This document shows positions 38,153 to 52,004 of a DNA stretch of 64,000 nucleotides, piece after piece. The translations under genes and the position numbers were made by a program. The stretch lies in contig NC_082706.1 of the NCBI RefSeq assembly GCF_030144855.1, positions 106,640,001 to 106,704,000 of the forward strand, in the 5' to 3' direction. Source of the DNA: Hypanus sabinus (lineage: Eukaryota). The notes below the pieces were generated by a model, which worked only from the letters and a program-made list of their open reading frames with translations, was not told the DNA's origin and ran no database searches. How positions within the stretch are numbered: position 1 is the stretch's first letter; every line of letters starts with the position of its first letter.

Positions 38153-39004
38153 GCTGACTCAATGGATCGAATGGCCTAATCCTGCACAGATGTCTTGTCT
38201 TCTTACGGCTGGGAGAGCGATTGCAGTCGGTAAATGTACAGAGAAACTTTTTAATCGATTAACCTAACCTGCGCTAAAGGAGTTATCAGAAGGAGAAATA
38301 GTGAACGAAAGAGTTGATGTAAGGAGAAGGTTTGCGGGTGGTTTGTAACTAGTACTGGGTTAGTTATGGCACTTGGATGTTTACAAAAAGTGGGTCCTGG
38401 GCATTGAAAAAGATGTGCACTGCCTAGGCACCATGGTAGCCTAGCGATTAGCGCGACTCTATCACAACTCCGGGTTTTGTCAGGGGTGGCTGGGCCTACC
38501 TCGCCGTGTATCGCTCAATAAACAAAAAAATATCAAGGTTCCCAACGGAAGCTAATGTAAGCGGATATTTACTGACAGGTTCTGCCCAGTTGGAATCATT
38601 AAAACCACGTTAATAGGGAAAGATGAAGAGATTCACAGACATGTTGCAGACGGCATTCGGATCATTAAACATCCCACCCAACGGAAGGTACAGAGTACAC
38701 ATTCGGAGCGACGGGAGACAGGAGGCACCAGATTAGACAAAGTGAAGGCCAAGAAGATGAAAACAGGGGTGCCTGGGTGCATTATCTCCATGGACTCCTG
38801 CCGTCTGAAGGCGCCGAGCCACACCCCTCCCTCCACTCACTGAAGCCACTTGCTCCAACTCTGGTGTTAGGCGGGAAAGTTCGGGAATTTCACAAAACAG
38901 CGATAAAGGATAGGATAAATATTTTAAATATGTTGACATATGATTGAAAAGTCAGCTGGCAGGAGATGATTAATCTGGGGAAGTTTCGGGAGGGAACGGG
39001 ACCG

Positions 39005-39410
39005 GATCGGTTAGTGTAACGCTGTCATAGCGGCAGCGACCCAGGTTAAATTCCGCCGTTGTTCTGAAAGGGATTTGTACGTTGTTCCTGTGACCGCGTG
39101 GGTTTCCTCTGGCTGCTCCGGTTTCCTCCCACGTTCAAAACACGTTCGGGTTAGCAGCCGCCCAAAGCAACACACACAAAATGCTGGAGAAACTCAGCAG
39201 GCCAAGCAGAGTTTCCGGAAAAGAGTAAATAGTCGGCTTTTCGGGCCAAAACCTTTTCCAAGACTGGAAAGGAAGGGGAGAAGTCAGCGTGAGAAGTCCT
39301 TCGGCATCTGAAAATTTCTTCTGTTTGCGGGTTGGTAGGTTAATTGATCACATGGATGTAATTGTATGGCCCGGGCTTGTTGGCCCCAAAAGGCCTGTTA
39401 CTGTGACGTA
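39005..39410 (+). mobile_element. HE1-type SINE with PLE insert (39165-39280)
   Basis: Paralogue of 9600-10007. Confidence 0.78.
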
Positions 39411-39494
39411 TTTCTTCATGTTAAGCGAGAGCAAGTTTGAACCCCAAAAAACTCGTCTAATGAACTGTTGTGCAATTCTACCAAAATCTCATTT

Positions 39495-39652
39495 CATGCA
39501 GAGGAAGTAATAGTGTGTCGTTTTCAAATGGGTTTGGAAGGCGTGGTCTGTGACACGTTGACAGAAAGTGGGACGTGAAGCGTGGTGTTATTTATAACTA
39601 GCCAGGCCACATCTAAATCTGTGTCACATTCAGTCACAACTCGACAAACAAC
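39495..39652 (+). promoter_or_regulatory. V3 proximal promoter (GAGGAAGT 39501-39508; TATTTATAA 39589-39597)
   Basis: Conserved block shared with the other V genes. Confidence 0.6.
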
Positions 39653-40076
39653 ATGCGGCTGGGTTGCGTGGCTTTTGTGATACTTTTTCTCCGTTAGTTG
39701 ATTGATTTTCATCCACTTACACTCGGTTTGTTTCAGTCTTTCAAACATGTTATGACTTTGATTTCTGTTTCCACAGGCAGATGCCTCGGTGCTGAATTGA
39801 TACAGTCTCCGATGTCCATCACCCGAAATGAGGACAAAATGGCTAGAATGACCTGTGATCTGGGCACAGCGAACACGGAGTATATCCACTGGTATCGGCA
39901 GCCAGATGGGCAACGCCCGGTCAGGATCCTTTATTATAATAAAGGGAGCACCGTACGCGATGATGGATTTGATGACAGATTTACAGCGAGGATGGTTGGT
40001 CAAAAGCAGTATTATCTAATTGTGAAGCGTCTCCAGAAAGGGGATTCCGGCACCTATTACTGTGCCTATTGGGACC
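39653..40076 (+). CDS. TRGV: TCR gamma-like V segment V3 (leader 39653-39692, intron 39693-39776, V exon 39777-40076); open frame
   Basis: AELIQSP..MTC..IHWYRQ..RILYY..KGDSGTYYCAYWD; intact splice sites. Confidence 0.88.
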
Positions 40077-40115
40077 CACACAGTGAAACTGCAACGGGTG
40101 CCGCTGACGAAAACT
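40077..40115 (+). other. RSS: CACACAG-23-ACGAAAACT (overlapping CACAGTG-21)
   Basis: CACACAG 40077-40083, CACAGTG 40079-40085, nonamer 40107-40115. Confidence 0.85.
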
Positions 40116-40789
40116 CTTCCTCAGCTTAGTGGCCGCACGAATCATTTCGGACTCAGCGAATTCGCAGCTTCTGCCATAAACTCCATCACCTTTCTTCGGA
40201 TAAAGAACTCTATCCAATTCTACGAAAGTTACCGGATCAGCGTCATCGACAGTTTATACATTTCCACCCATGGCTCGAGAACAGGGAGTTGGGAGAATAT
40301 TTCCCCAGGGTAGGAGAGCCCAGACTAGAAAGGATAACTTTAAAGTGTGAGGGGAAAGATCTATAAGAGACCTGTGTGGTATGATTTTCAGGGAAAGGGC
40401 GGTGGGTACAGGCAACAAATTGCCAGAAGAAGAGTTAGAGGTAGGGACCATCCAGAGATTTAAAAGTCATTTGGGCATCTACATGGATAAGAAAGGTTCC
40501 GAGAAATACGGGGTTAAATGCATGTAAACAGGGCTGGTTTCCGTGGGTAACTTGCTCGGTAAGGACGAGTTGGGCCGAAGGGCCTGATTCTGTGCTGTAC
40601 ATCTCACTGGCTCGTAGAATTACTTCAGATCTCTGCACGGTCGCCACTCAGGCTCCTTTATTCCGTGGAAAACATTCCCAACCTATCCGACCTCGAAAAC
40701 TAAAATCCTCTAATCCCAGAATCATACCTTCTGCGTCCTCTCTAGTTCAATTACAAACAAATATTTAAGCAATAAACACCGAGAAAATG

Positions 40790-41000
40790 AGGCATAAAAA
40801 CCTTGAAAGTCAGTCCATATGTTGTGGGAACATTTCAGTGATGGGGCAAGTGTAGTCATACCTTTTGGTACAAGAGCCTGATTGTAGAGGGTTAATACCT
40901 GTTCCTGAACCTGGTGGTGTGAGTTTTGTAGCTCCTGTACGTGCTTCCTGACGGGAACAGTGAGAAGAGAGCATGATCTGCAATGTGGAGGGGTGTGGGG
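40790..41000 (-). mobile_element. Rex1/Babar-like 3' fragment
   Basis: YRSYKTHTTRFRNR; paralogue of 12060-12280. Confidence 0.65.
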
Positions 41001-41009
41001 TGCAATGTG

Positions 41010-41717
41010 CAGGGAGGTGGTGCGGGAGGAGCAGAGGGATCTGGGCGTACATGTCCACAGATCCCTGAAAGTTGCCTCACAGGTAGATAGGATATTTCAG
41101 AAAGTTTATGGGGGGTTAGCTTTCATAAGTCGAGGGATAGAGTTTAAGAGTCGCGGGGTAATTATGCAGCTCTATAAAACTCTGCTTAGGCCACACTTAG
41201 ACCACTAGACCACCACTTAGACCAGTACTGTGTCCAGTTCTGGTCGCCTCACTATAGGAAGGATGTGGAAGCATTGGAAAGGGTACAGAGGAGATTTACC
41301 AGGATGCTGCCTGGTTTAGAGAGTATGGATTATGATCAGAGATTAAGGGAGCTAGGGCTTTACTCTTTGGAGAGAAAGAGGATGAGAGAAGACATGAAAG
41401 AGGTGTACAAGATATTAAGAGGAGTAGATAGAGTGGATAGCCAGCACCTCTTCCCCAGGGCACCACTGCTCAGTACAAGAGGATATGGCTTTAAGGTAAG
41501 GGGAGGGAATTTCAAGGGGATATTAGAGGAAAGTTTTTACTGGTCGTGGAATGCACTGCCTGAGTCAGTAGGGGAGGCAGATACACTAGTGAAATTTAAG
41601 AGTCCACTAGACAGGTATATGGAGGAATTTAAGGTGGGGGGGGGGTTATATGAGAGGCAGGGTTTGAGGGTCGGCACAACATTGTGAGCCAAAGGGCCTA
41701 TAATGTTCTATGTTCTA
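41010..41717 (+). mobile_element. 5'-truncated CR1
   Basis: [39 protein letters not shown]; TTCTATGTTCTA tail. Confidence 0.9.
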
Positions 41718-41729
41718 ACATGTTCATCC

Positions 41730-42960
41730 ATTATTATTCCACAGCTTCACGGAGATTGCCTTGGCAGATGAGCTTTCCATATGTCATCTGAGCATCCCTG
41801 ATGAGTAATGTATGAGTACTCCCTCCTGCTTTAATACCACCTTCTCTGTCATGTCTAAATCAGTGGATTGCCAGTACATTGGGCTGTCAGTCCTGCCCCT
41901 CCTGTAACCATGTCTCAATAATGGTTTCAACATCGTAAGTACACACATGGATCCATTCTCTATGTACATCAATTTTACCTACAACTGTCCCTGTTTTGCA
42001 ATAGATGCAACTCAGAACATTTATCCACCCTGCTCAAACTTGCAGTTTCCATTTCTGCTTAAAAACAAGAAATTCCGCAGATGCTGGAATTCCAAAGCAA
42101 CACCCAGAAAATCTTTGCTTGTGGTCCTAACATCTATTTTCACTCAACCACTTCATTGTTGTCCTACCACTCTGGATACTACCCCTCTGAAACACTAGTT
42201 TCAACACCTCACACCACCCTAAGCAGGATCAGTAAACCTTCCTAAATTGATATTTGTCCTTCTCCAGTTTGGGTGAAAACTGTCCTATTTGCACGGATCC
42301 CAGCTACCCTGGAAGAGAGTGCAGGGATCCAAAAAATCTGAAGCCCTCTCCCATCGACCATCTGCTTGGCCACATGTTAAACTGCACTGTCTTCCTTGCT
42401 TTTTGCCTCACTAGCATGGATAGCAATCCTGAAGTCACCACCTTGGAGGTCCTGTCTTCTAACTTTGCACCTAACTCCCTGAATACATTTTGCAGGTCCC
42501 CGTCACTTTTCCTGCTTATATCATTCATACCAATGAGTTCCATGACTTAAGGCTTCTCAGCCTCCCCCTTAAGATAGCTATGGACTCAATACAAGATATC
42601 TCTGATCCTCTACACCTGGAATGCAATATACCTCCTGTGGTAGGTTATCTCCATAAAACAATCTAAACTGATAACCTTGTTGAGGGTAATGGCCACAGGG
42701 GTATTCTGCCAATTCCCTTTCCCACTCTTGATGATCACCCGGCTACCTTTTTCTAGCAACATAGCGGTAACGGCCTCTCTGTAACTCCTATCAACCCCTC
42801 ATTTTTCTGAATGATCTGAAGGTTATCTAGCATAGATCCAATTCCCTAACACAGTTTGTAAAGAGCTGCAACTGGATACACTTATCACAGATATAGACAT
42901 CTCCCTAGCTTCCCACCTCATGCAAGAGGAGCACACCACTGCTCTAGGTTCTAAACCCAC
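41730..42960 (-). mobile_element. Old CR1 ORF1/EN fragment
   Basis: GMNDIS..VVTSGLL esterase remnant (42304-42543). Confidence 0.65.
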
Positions 42961-45864
42961 TGTTCTGTCGGTAGAAAAATAGAGTAAGAAGTTAAATGAA
43001 CTTAAACTCAGGGAAGTTTATAAAATCGTGAGGGGTATAAAAGGATCATAGCCTTTTCCCCAGGTTTGGAGAATCCAAATCTGAAACAAGGCAACAGGGA
43101 AGAGATTTAAAAGAGACCTAAAAGTTAATTTCTTTATGCAGAGGATAGTGAGTTGCCTGAGGAAGTGGTTGAGACGGGTGCATTTGCAATATTTCAGAGG
43201 TATTTGCATGGGCACATGGAAGGAAAGGGCTTGAAGGGCCATGAGTCAAATGCAGCAACTGGATCTAGCAGGTTAGCATGGACCATCAGGGCTGAAGGGC
43301 CTATATCCAGGCCATGTTACTCTAAGGAAGTGATATGTGTGAGAGGCCAGTTTTCTGCGCTCAGTGTTAGATGTGGGGAGTCCTGGAGTCTCCCAGCCTC
43401 CCAGACGGCCATATCTGCCCCAGGTGTGTCGAGCTGCAGCTCCTGAGTGACCGAGTTAGGGACCTGGAGGGGCAGCTCGATAACCTTCACCTGGTCAACG
43501 AGAGCGAGGAGGTGATGGAAAGGAGTTATAGGCAGGTGGTCACACCAGGGCCACGTGAGACAGACAGCTGGGTCACAATCAGGAGAGAAAACGGGAAGAG
43601 TCAGGTACTAGAGAGTACACCTGTGGCTGTACCCCTTGACAATAAGTTCTCCTGTTTCAGTACTGTTGAGGGGGACAGCCTACCTGGGGGAAGCAGCAGT
43701 GGTCGTGCCGCTGGTACAGAGCCTGGCCTTATAGCTCAGAAGGGAAAGGCAGGGAAGAGCAAGACAGTAGTGATAGGAGACTCTATAGTTAGGGGGTCAG
43801 ACAGGCAATTCTGTGGACGCAGGAAAAAACTCAGATGGTAGTTTGACGACCAGGTTCCAGGGTCCAGTATGTTTTGGATTGCGTCCAAAATATCTGCAGT
43901 GGGAGGGAGAACAGCCAGAGGTTGTGGTACATATTGGTACCAATGACATAGGTAGGAAAAGGGAAGAGGTCCTGAAAAAAGATGACAGGGAATTAGGAAG
44001 GAAGTTGAGAAGCAGGACCACAAAGGTTATAATCTCAGGATTACTGCCTGTACCACATCACAGTGAGAATAGAAATAGGATGAGGTGGAGGATAAATGCG
44101 TGGCCGAGTGATTGGAACAGGGAACAGGGATTCAGAATTCCAGATCACTGGGACCTCTTTTGGGGAAGGTGTGACCTGTACAAAAAGGACAGGTTGCACT
44201 TGAATCCCAGGGGCACCAATATCCTGGTGGGGATGTTTGCTCAGGCTACTGGGGAGAGTTTAAACTAGAATTGTTGGGGGTGGGAGCTGAACTGAAGTGA
44301 CTGGGGAAGAGGAGGTTAGCTCACAAATAGAGGAAGCTTGTAGACAGTGCGAGAGGGAGGATATCCAGGTGATAGAGAAGGGACGTGCCCAGACTGAAGG
44401 TTTGAGATGTGTCTATTTTAATAGAAGGAGTGTTGTTAACAATCCAGATGAGTTTAGAGCATGGATCAGTACTTGGAGATATGATGTGCTGGCATGGCGC
44501 TGTTGAACAGAGATAGTGTCACGGCTGCAAAAAAGGTGGACGCCATGGAGGGATTGTTATGGAGTCTCTGTGGGTGGAGGTTAGGAACAGGAAGGGGTCA
44601 ATAACTTTACAGTGTGTTTTTTATAGGCTGAACAATAGTAACAGGGAAATCGAGGAGCAGATAGGGAAACAGATCCTGGAAAGATGTAATAATAACAGAG
44701 TTGTCATGATGGAAGTTTTTATTTTCCCTAGAGCAAGGGGTTTAGATGGGGTAGAGTTTGTTAGGTGATTTCTGGAACGTTTCTTAACACAATATGTAGA
44801 TAAGTCTACAAGAGGAGAGGCTGTACTTGATCTGGTATTGGGAAATGTACCTGGTCAGTTGTCAGGTTTCTCAGTGGGAGAGCATTTTGGAGATAGTGAT
44901 CATAATTCTGTCTCCTTTACAATAGCATGGAGAGAGATAGGAACAGACAAGTTACAAAGTGTTTAATTGGAGTAAATGGTATTATCAGGCTATCGGGTAG
45001 GAAATTGGAGGCTTAAATTGGAATCAGATGTTCCCAGGGAAATGTACGGAAGAAATGTGGCAAATATTCAGGGATATTTGTGAGCAGTTCTGCATAGGTA
45101 TGTTCTGATCATACAGGGAAGTTATGGCAGGGTACAAGAAGCATGGTGTACAAAGGCTGTAATAAATATAGTCAAGAAGAAAGAAAAGCTTACAAAAGGT
45201 TCAGAGAGCTAGATAATGTTAGAATAAAAGAATAGAAGAATAAAAGGCTAATAGGAAGGTGCTTAAGAAGGAAATTAGGAGAGTTAGAAAGGGCCATGAC
45301 AAGGCCTTGACAGGCAAGATTAAGGTAAATCCCAAGGCATTCTACAAGTATGTGAAGAGCAAGAGGATAAGACGTGAAAGATAGGATCTATCAAGTGTGA
45401 TTGTGAGAAAGTGTGTATGGAACCTGAGGAAATAGCAGAGGTACTTAATGAATACTTGACTTAAGTATTCACTATGGAAAAGGATCTTGGTGATTGCAGT
45501 GATGACTTTCAGCAGACTGAAAAGCTTCAGCATATAGATATTAAGAAAGAGGATGTGCTGGAGCTTTTGGAAAGCATCAAGTTGGATAAGTCACCAGGAG
45601 CAGATGAGATGTACCCCAGGCTACGGTGGGAGGCCAGGGAGGAGATTGCTGAGCCTCTGGCTATGATCTTTGCATCATCAATAGGGATGGGAGAGGTTCC
45701 AGAGGATTGGAGGTTTGTGAATGTTGTTCCTTTATTCAAGAAAGGGAATAGAGAAATTATAGACCAGTGAGTCTTAACTCAGTGGTTGGTAAGTTGATGG
45801 AGTTCAACCCAGAAAAGTGTGAAGTGGTTCATTTTGATTCGTCAAATATGATGGCAGAATATAG

Positions 45865-46805
45865 TGTTATGATCCCAGCCCCCTCCCTTGTGAGAATCGC
45901 AAGAGCACCCATCGAAAGGGGGGGGGGTCANNNNNNNNNNNNNNNNNNNNNNNNNNNNNNNNNNNNNNNNNNNNNNNNNNNNNNNNNNNNNNNNNNNNNN
46001 NNNNNNNNNNNNNNNNNNNNNNNNNNNNNNNNNNNNNNNNNNNNNNNNNNNNNNNNNNNNNNNNNNNNNNNNNNNNNNNNNNNNNNNNNNNNNNNNNNNN
46101 NNNNNNNNNNNNNNNNNNNNNNACCACCAGGGATACAGAATAAAGACAACAGCAACTATTGTCTCATGGAGACCACGGGAAAACCCCTCGGGCAAGGTGG
46201 GCTGGTTGCATCATCCCAACCTGATTGACACCTGCGACCCCGTGAGGAAGTATAAAGGAGAGTCTCAGGGGGACAGCCCCCTCAGATGCACCAAGAAGAC
46301 ACGAGAGTGTTCCCGCAGCAGCGGGAAGCCATTCTGAAGGAAGCCACGTGCGTTAGATTCCGGGATTGGAATCTGTGGCTGGAATCACAGAAAACCGCTT
46401 TTAACTAACATCTGGGCGAGGAAACCAACGCTCCCCCGATTTCACGGAAGATTCATCAAGACTCGGCAAGTTCTTTCTCTTCTTCCCCAATCTCTCTCTC
46501 TCTGTCGCCCCACGTAAAACCCAACGATTTTCAAAGGGCTGAGGCCGGCAGCCTTCTGAGTGACTTTTATATTTCCAGCGGACAATCTATTAACCCCTAG
46601 GCATCAGCAGAGCTCACTTCTTAATGATGATTATTAATATACCCGCGCTTTAGATTGAGTGTTGATAATGTGCACCATCTGAATGTATGTATTAACCCTA
46701 CTTTTGTGTCCCTTTACGAATAAGACGTTTGAAAATAGTGACAACAGACTTCAACAGACCTCTCTATCTTTGCTGGTAAGTTATCCAGTTATGGGATTCG
46801 TAACA
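45865..46805. mobile_element. LTR (solo, or collapsed across the gap), Gypsy-like 4-bp TSD
   Basis: Starts TGTTATGATCCCA, ends TGGGATTCGTAACA (imperfect inverted ends); TSD ATAG at 45861-45864 and 46806-46809. Confidence 0.8.
45931..46122. other. Assembly gap (192 N)
   Basis: Seen directly. Confidence 1.
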
Positions 46806-48487
46806 ATAGTATTAATGTTAAGTCTCCTGGCAGTTTGGAGGATCAGAGGGTTCTTGGAGTCTGGGTCCATAGGACGCTCAAAGCAGCTCTGCAGGTTGAC
46901 TCTGTGGTTAAGAAGGCTTATGGTGTACTGGCCTTCATCAATTGTGGAACTGAATTTAGCAGCCAAGGGGTAATGTTGCAGCTATATAGGAACCTGGTCA
47001 GACCCCACTTGGAGTACTGTGCTCAATTCTGGTCGCCTCACTACAGGAAGGATGTGGAAGCCATAGAAAGGATGCAGAGGAGATTTACCAGGATGTTGCC
47101 TGGATTGGGGAGCATGCCTTATGAGAATAGGTTGAGTGAACTCGGCCTTTTCTCCTTGGTGCAAAGGAGAACAAGAGGTGCACAACATGATGAGAGGCAT
47201 TGATTATTTGAATAGTCAGAGGCTTTTTCCCAGGGCTGAAATGGTTGCCAAAAGAAGACACAGGTTTAAGGTGCTGGGGAGCAGGTACAGAGGAGATGCC
47301 AGGAGTCAGGTTTTTACTCAGAGAGTGCTGAGTGCATGGAATAGGCTGCCAGCAACAGTGGTGTAGACGGATACAATAGGGGCTTTTAATAGACTTTTAG
47401 ATAGGTACATACAGCTTCATAAAATACAGGGCTCGAGGTAGGCCTAGTAATTTCTATGCTAGAACTGTATTGTGCTGCAGGTTTTCTATGTTTCTATGAT
47501 TCTATGAAATAAAAACATAAAATGCTGAAAATACTCAAATAGACAAATGGCACCTGTGTAAAGAGAAACAGAGTTAAGGGAAGTCAAAGATAACATAAAA
47601 GAAAAAGAGGGGGCAGGAAGTCTGCAGAGGGAGGGGGACAGATTAGGAGAATTGGCAAAAAAGTGGCAGATGGGACAGAGTGTAGGGAAGTGTATGGTGA
47701 TGCACTTTGGTAGAAGGAATCAGGGCACAGACTATTCTCTAAACAGAGAGAGAGAGTGCAGAAACTGAATGTGCAAGAAAACTTGAGAGTTCTGGTGCAG
47801 CATTCCCTAAAGGCCAACTAGCTGTTTGAGTCAGTAGTGGAGGAGGAAAATGCAATGTTAGCAATAATTTTGAGGGGTCCAGACTATAATCAGAATAGAA
47901 TGAGAATGAGAATCAGGTTTAATATCACTGGCATAGGTCGTGAAACTTGTTATTTTGCAGCTGCAGTAGACTGCATTTTATAATGAAAACTATAAATTAC
48001 AATAAGATATATATTAAATTAACTAAGTAGAGGAAAAGAGCAAAGAAAGAAAAAAATACTGAGGTAGTACATGTGACTTCATTGTTCATTCAGAAATCTG
48101 ATGAAAACAAGAATGTAATGTTGAGTCTTCATAAGACATTGGTTAGACTATATATGGAGTATAGTGAGCAATTTTGGGCTCCATATCTGAGAAACAATGT
48201 CCTGTCATTAGAGAGGGTCCAGAGGAGGTTTAAGAGAATGGTCCAAGGAATGAAAGGGTTATCACATAAGGAACATTCGATGGTTCTGGCCTCTTCTCGC
48301 AGGAGCTTAGAAGACTGAGGGACATCTCTCTAAAACCTACTGAATATTTAAAGGCCTGGACAATGAGACGATTTTTCAAATAGTGGGAGAGTCCAGGACT
48401 AAAGGACACAGACTCATAATAGGACATTTCTTCAGAACAGAGACCAGGAGGAATTTCAATGAATCTGTGAAATTCATTGCCATAAAC

Positions 48488-51400
48488 CATATAAACCATA
48501 TAACCATATAACAATCACAGCACGGAAACAGGCCATCTCGGCCCTCCTAGTCCGTGCCAAACTCTTAATCTCACCTAGTCCCACCTACCCGCACTCAGCC
48601 CATAACCCTCCACTCCTTTCCTGTCCATATACCTATCCAATTTTACCTTAAATGACACAACTGAACTGGCCTCTACTACTTCTACAGGAAGCTCATTCCA
48701 CACAGCCATCACTCTCTGAGTAAAGAAATACCCCCTCGTGTTTCCCTTAAACTTCTGCCCCCTAACTCTCAAATCATGTCCTCTCGTTTGAATCTCCCCT
48801 ACTCTCAATGGAAACAGCCTATTCACGTCAACTCTATCTATCCCTCTCAAAATTTTAAATACCTCGATCAAATCCCCCCTCAACCTTCTACGCTCCAATG
48901 AATAGAGACCTAACTTGTTCAACCTTTCTCTGTAACTTAAGTGCTAAAACCCAGGTAACATCCTAGTAAATCGTCTCTGCACTCTCTCTAATTTATTGAT
49001 ATCTTTCCTATAATTCGGTGACCAGAACTGCACACAATATTCTAAATTTGGCCTTACCAATGCCTTGTACAATTTTAACATTACATCCCAATTTCTGTAC
49101 TCAATGCTTTGATTTATAAAGGCCAGCATTCCAAAAGCCTTCTTCACCACCCTATCTACATGAGACTCCACCTTCAGGGAACTATGCACTGTTATTCCTA
49201 GATCTCTCTGTTCCTCTGCATTCCTCAATGCCCTACCATTTACCCTGTATGTTCTATTTGGATTATTCCTGCCAAAATGTAGAACCTCACACTTCTCAGC
49301 ATTAAACTCCATCTGCCAATGTTCAGCCCATTCTTCTAACTGGCATAAATCTCCCTGCAAGCTTTGAAAACCCACCTCATTATCCACAACACCTCCTACC
49401 TTAGTATCATCGGCATACTTACTAATCCAATTTACCACCCCATCATCCAGATCATTTATGTATATTACAAACAACATTGGGCCCAAAACAGATCCCTGAG
49501 GCACCCCGCTAGTCACCGGCCTCCATCCCGATAAACAATTATCCACCACTACTCTCTGGCATCTCCCATCTAGCCACTGTTGAATCCATTTTATTACTCC
49601 AGCATTAATACCTAACGACTGAACCTTCTTAACTAACCTTCCATGTGGAACTTTGTCAAAGGCTTTGCTGAAGTCCATTTAGACTACATCCACTGCCTTA
49701 CCCTCATCAACATTCCTCGTAACTTCTTCAAAAAATTCAATAAGGTGTGTCAAACATGACCTTCCACGCACAAATCCATGCTGGCTACTCCTACTCAGAT
49801 CCTGTCTATCCAGATAATTATTAATACTATCTCTAAGAATACTTTCCATTAATTTACCCACCACTGATGTCAAACTGACAGGTCTATAATTGCTAGGCTT
49901 ACTTCTAGAACCCTTTTTAAACAATGGAACCACATGAGCAATACGCCAATCCTCCAGCATAATCCCCGTTTCTAATGACATCTTAAAGATCTCCGTCAGA
50001 GCTCCTGCTATCTCTACACAAACTTCCCTCAAGGTCCTGGGGAATATCCTGTCAGGACCCGGAGATTTATCCACTTTTAAATTTCTTAAAAGCGCCAGTA
50101 CTTCCACCTCTTTAATTGTCATAGGTTCCATAACTTCCTTACTTGTTTCCCACACCTCACACAATTCAATATCCTTCTCCTTAGTGAATACCGAAGAGAA
50201 GAAATTGTTCAAAATCTCTCCCATCTCCCTCGGCTCCACACATAGCTGACCACTCTGATTCTCTAAGGGGCCAATTTTATCCCTCACTATCCTCTTGCTT
50301 TTAATATAACTGTAGAAACCTTTTGGATATACTTTCACCTTATTTGCCAAACCAACCTTGTATCTTCTTTTAGCTTTTCTAATCTCTTTCTTAAGATTCC
50401 TTTTACATTCTTTATATTCCTCGAGCAATTCCTTTACTCCATGCTGCCTATATCTATTGTAGACATCCCTCTTTTTCCGAACCAAATTTCTAATATCCCT
50501 TGAAAACCATGGTGCTTTCAAACCTTTAACCTTTCCTTTCAACCTAACAGGAACATAAAGATTCTGTACCCACATAATTTCACCCTTAAATGACCTCCAT
50601 TTCTCTATTACATCCTTCCCATAAATCCACTCTCTCTAAATCCCTTCGAATCTCCTCAAAGTTAGCCTTTCTCCAATCAAAAATCTCAACTCTAGGTCCT
50701 GTCCTGTCATTCTCCGTAATTATATTGAAGCTAATGCTATTGTGATCACTGGACCCGAAGTGCTCCCCAACACATACATCTGTCAGCTGACCTATTGCAT
50801 TCCCTAACAGGAGATCCAACACTGCCCCATCTCTAGTCGGTACTTCTATGTATTGTTGCAAAAAACTATCCTGCACACATTTCACAAACTCTAAACCATC
50901 CAGCCCTTTTACAGAATGAGCTTCCCAGTCTACGTGTGGAAAATTAAAATCTCCCACAATCACCACCTTGTGTTTACTACAAATATCTGCTATCTCCTTA
51001 CACATTTGCTCTTTCAACTCACGCTCCCCATTAGGTGGCCTATAACACACTCCTATCAGTGTTACTACACCTTTCCCATTCCTCAATTCCACCCAAATAG
51101 TCTCCCTAGAGGAGCTCTCTAATCTATCCTTCCAAAGCACCACCATAAGATTTTCTCGGACAAGCAATGCAACACCTCCTCCTCTGGCCCCTCCTACTCT
51201 ATCACACCTGAAGCAACTAAATCCGGGAATATTTAGTTGCCAATCACACCCTTCCTGCAACCATGTTTCACTAATAGCTACAACATCATAATTCCAGGTA
51301 TCAATCCACGCTTTAAGCTCATCCACCTTTCTTACAATGCTCCTAGCATTAAAATAGATACATTTAAGATACTCTCCACCTCCTCCTCTCTTTTCATCCC

Positions 51401-51715
51401 TAACAATGCATTCAAATTTATTATCCTTTTCTTTCTTCTCCCCTACATCTTCGGGCTGAGCGCATCCCTTCTCCATCACCTGCCTTTCTTCCCTCACACA
51501 CGGTCTATTTACTTGCTCTACTGGTGAACTAACCTCCCCTCCCATAGTTTCCTCAAGTTGATTCCCGCCCCCCATCTTACTAGTTTAAAGTCTGCCCTGT
51601 AGCCCTAGCAAACCTCCCCGCTAGGATATTGGTCCCCCCAGGATTCAAGTGTAACCCGTCCTTCTTGAACAGGTCACGCCTGCCCCAGAAGAGGTCCCAA
51701 TGATCCAGAAACTTG
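48488..51715 (-). mobile_element. Young 5'-truncated CR1 (end of ORF1 + complete ORF2 with about three lesions)
   Basis: ORFs of 329, 298, 244 and 115 aa separated by one small deletion and two point stops (TAA 49679, TAG ~48944); (CCATATAA)n tail; empty site at ~19529. Confidence 0.93.
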
Positions 51716-52004
51716 AACGGCTATGTTATTGAATTTATTAAAACGCGAGGCTGATAGGTACCTGATGGTGTCAAAGGTTATGGGGAGAAGACAAATAAAT
51801 GGGGCTGTGAGGGAAAACGAAACCGATATGATTCAATGGCCGAACTGACTCAATGGATCGAATGGCCTAATCCTGCTCCTATGTCTTACCGTCTTACGGC
51901 TGGGAGAGCGATTGTACTCGGAGCATGTACGGAGGAAGCTTCTTAATCGATTAACCTAAACTGCCCTAAAGGAGTGATCAGAAAAGTTGAGGTTAGCATG
52001 TACC

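Larger units (their letters stand above)
43330..47505 (+). mobile_element. Decayed CR1 (ORF1 to 3' end) interrupted by an LTR
   Basis: CPRCVELQLL, VIGDSIVRG, VHIGTNDIG, EN, RT and tail; 3' part paralogous to 14960-18575. Confidence 0.9.
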
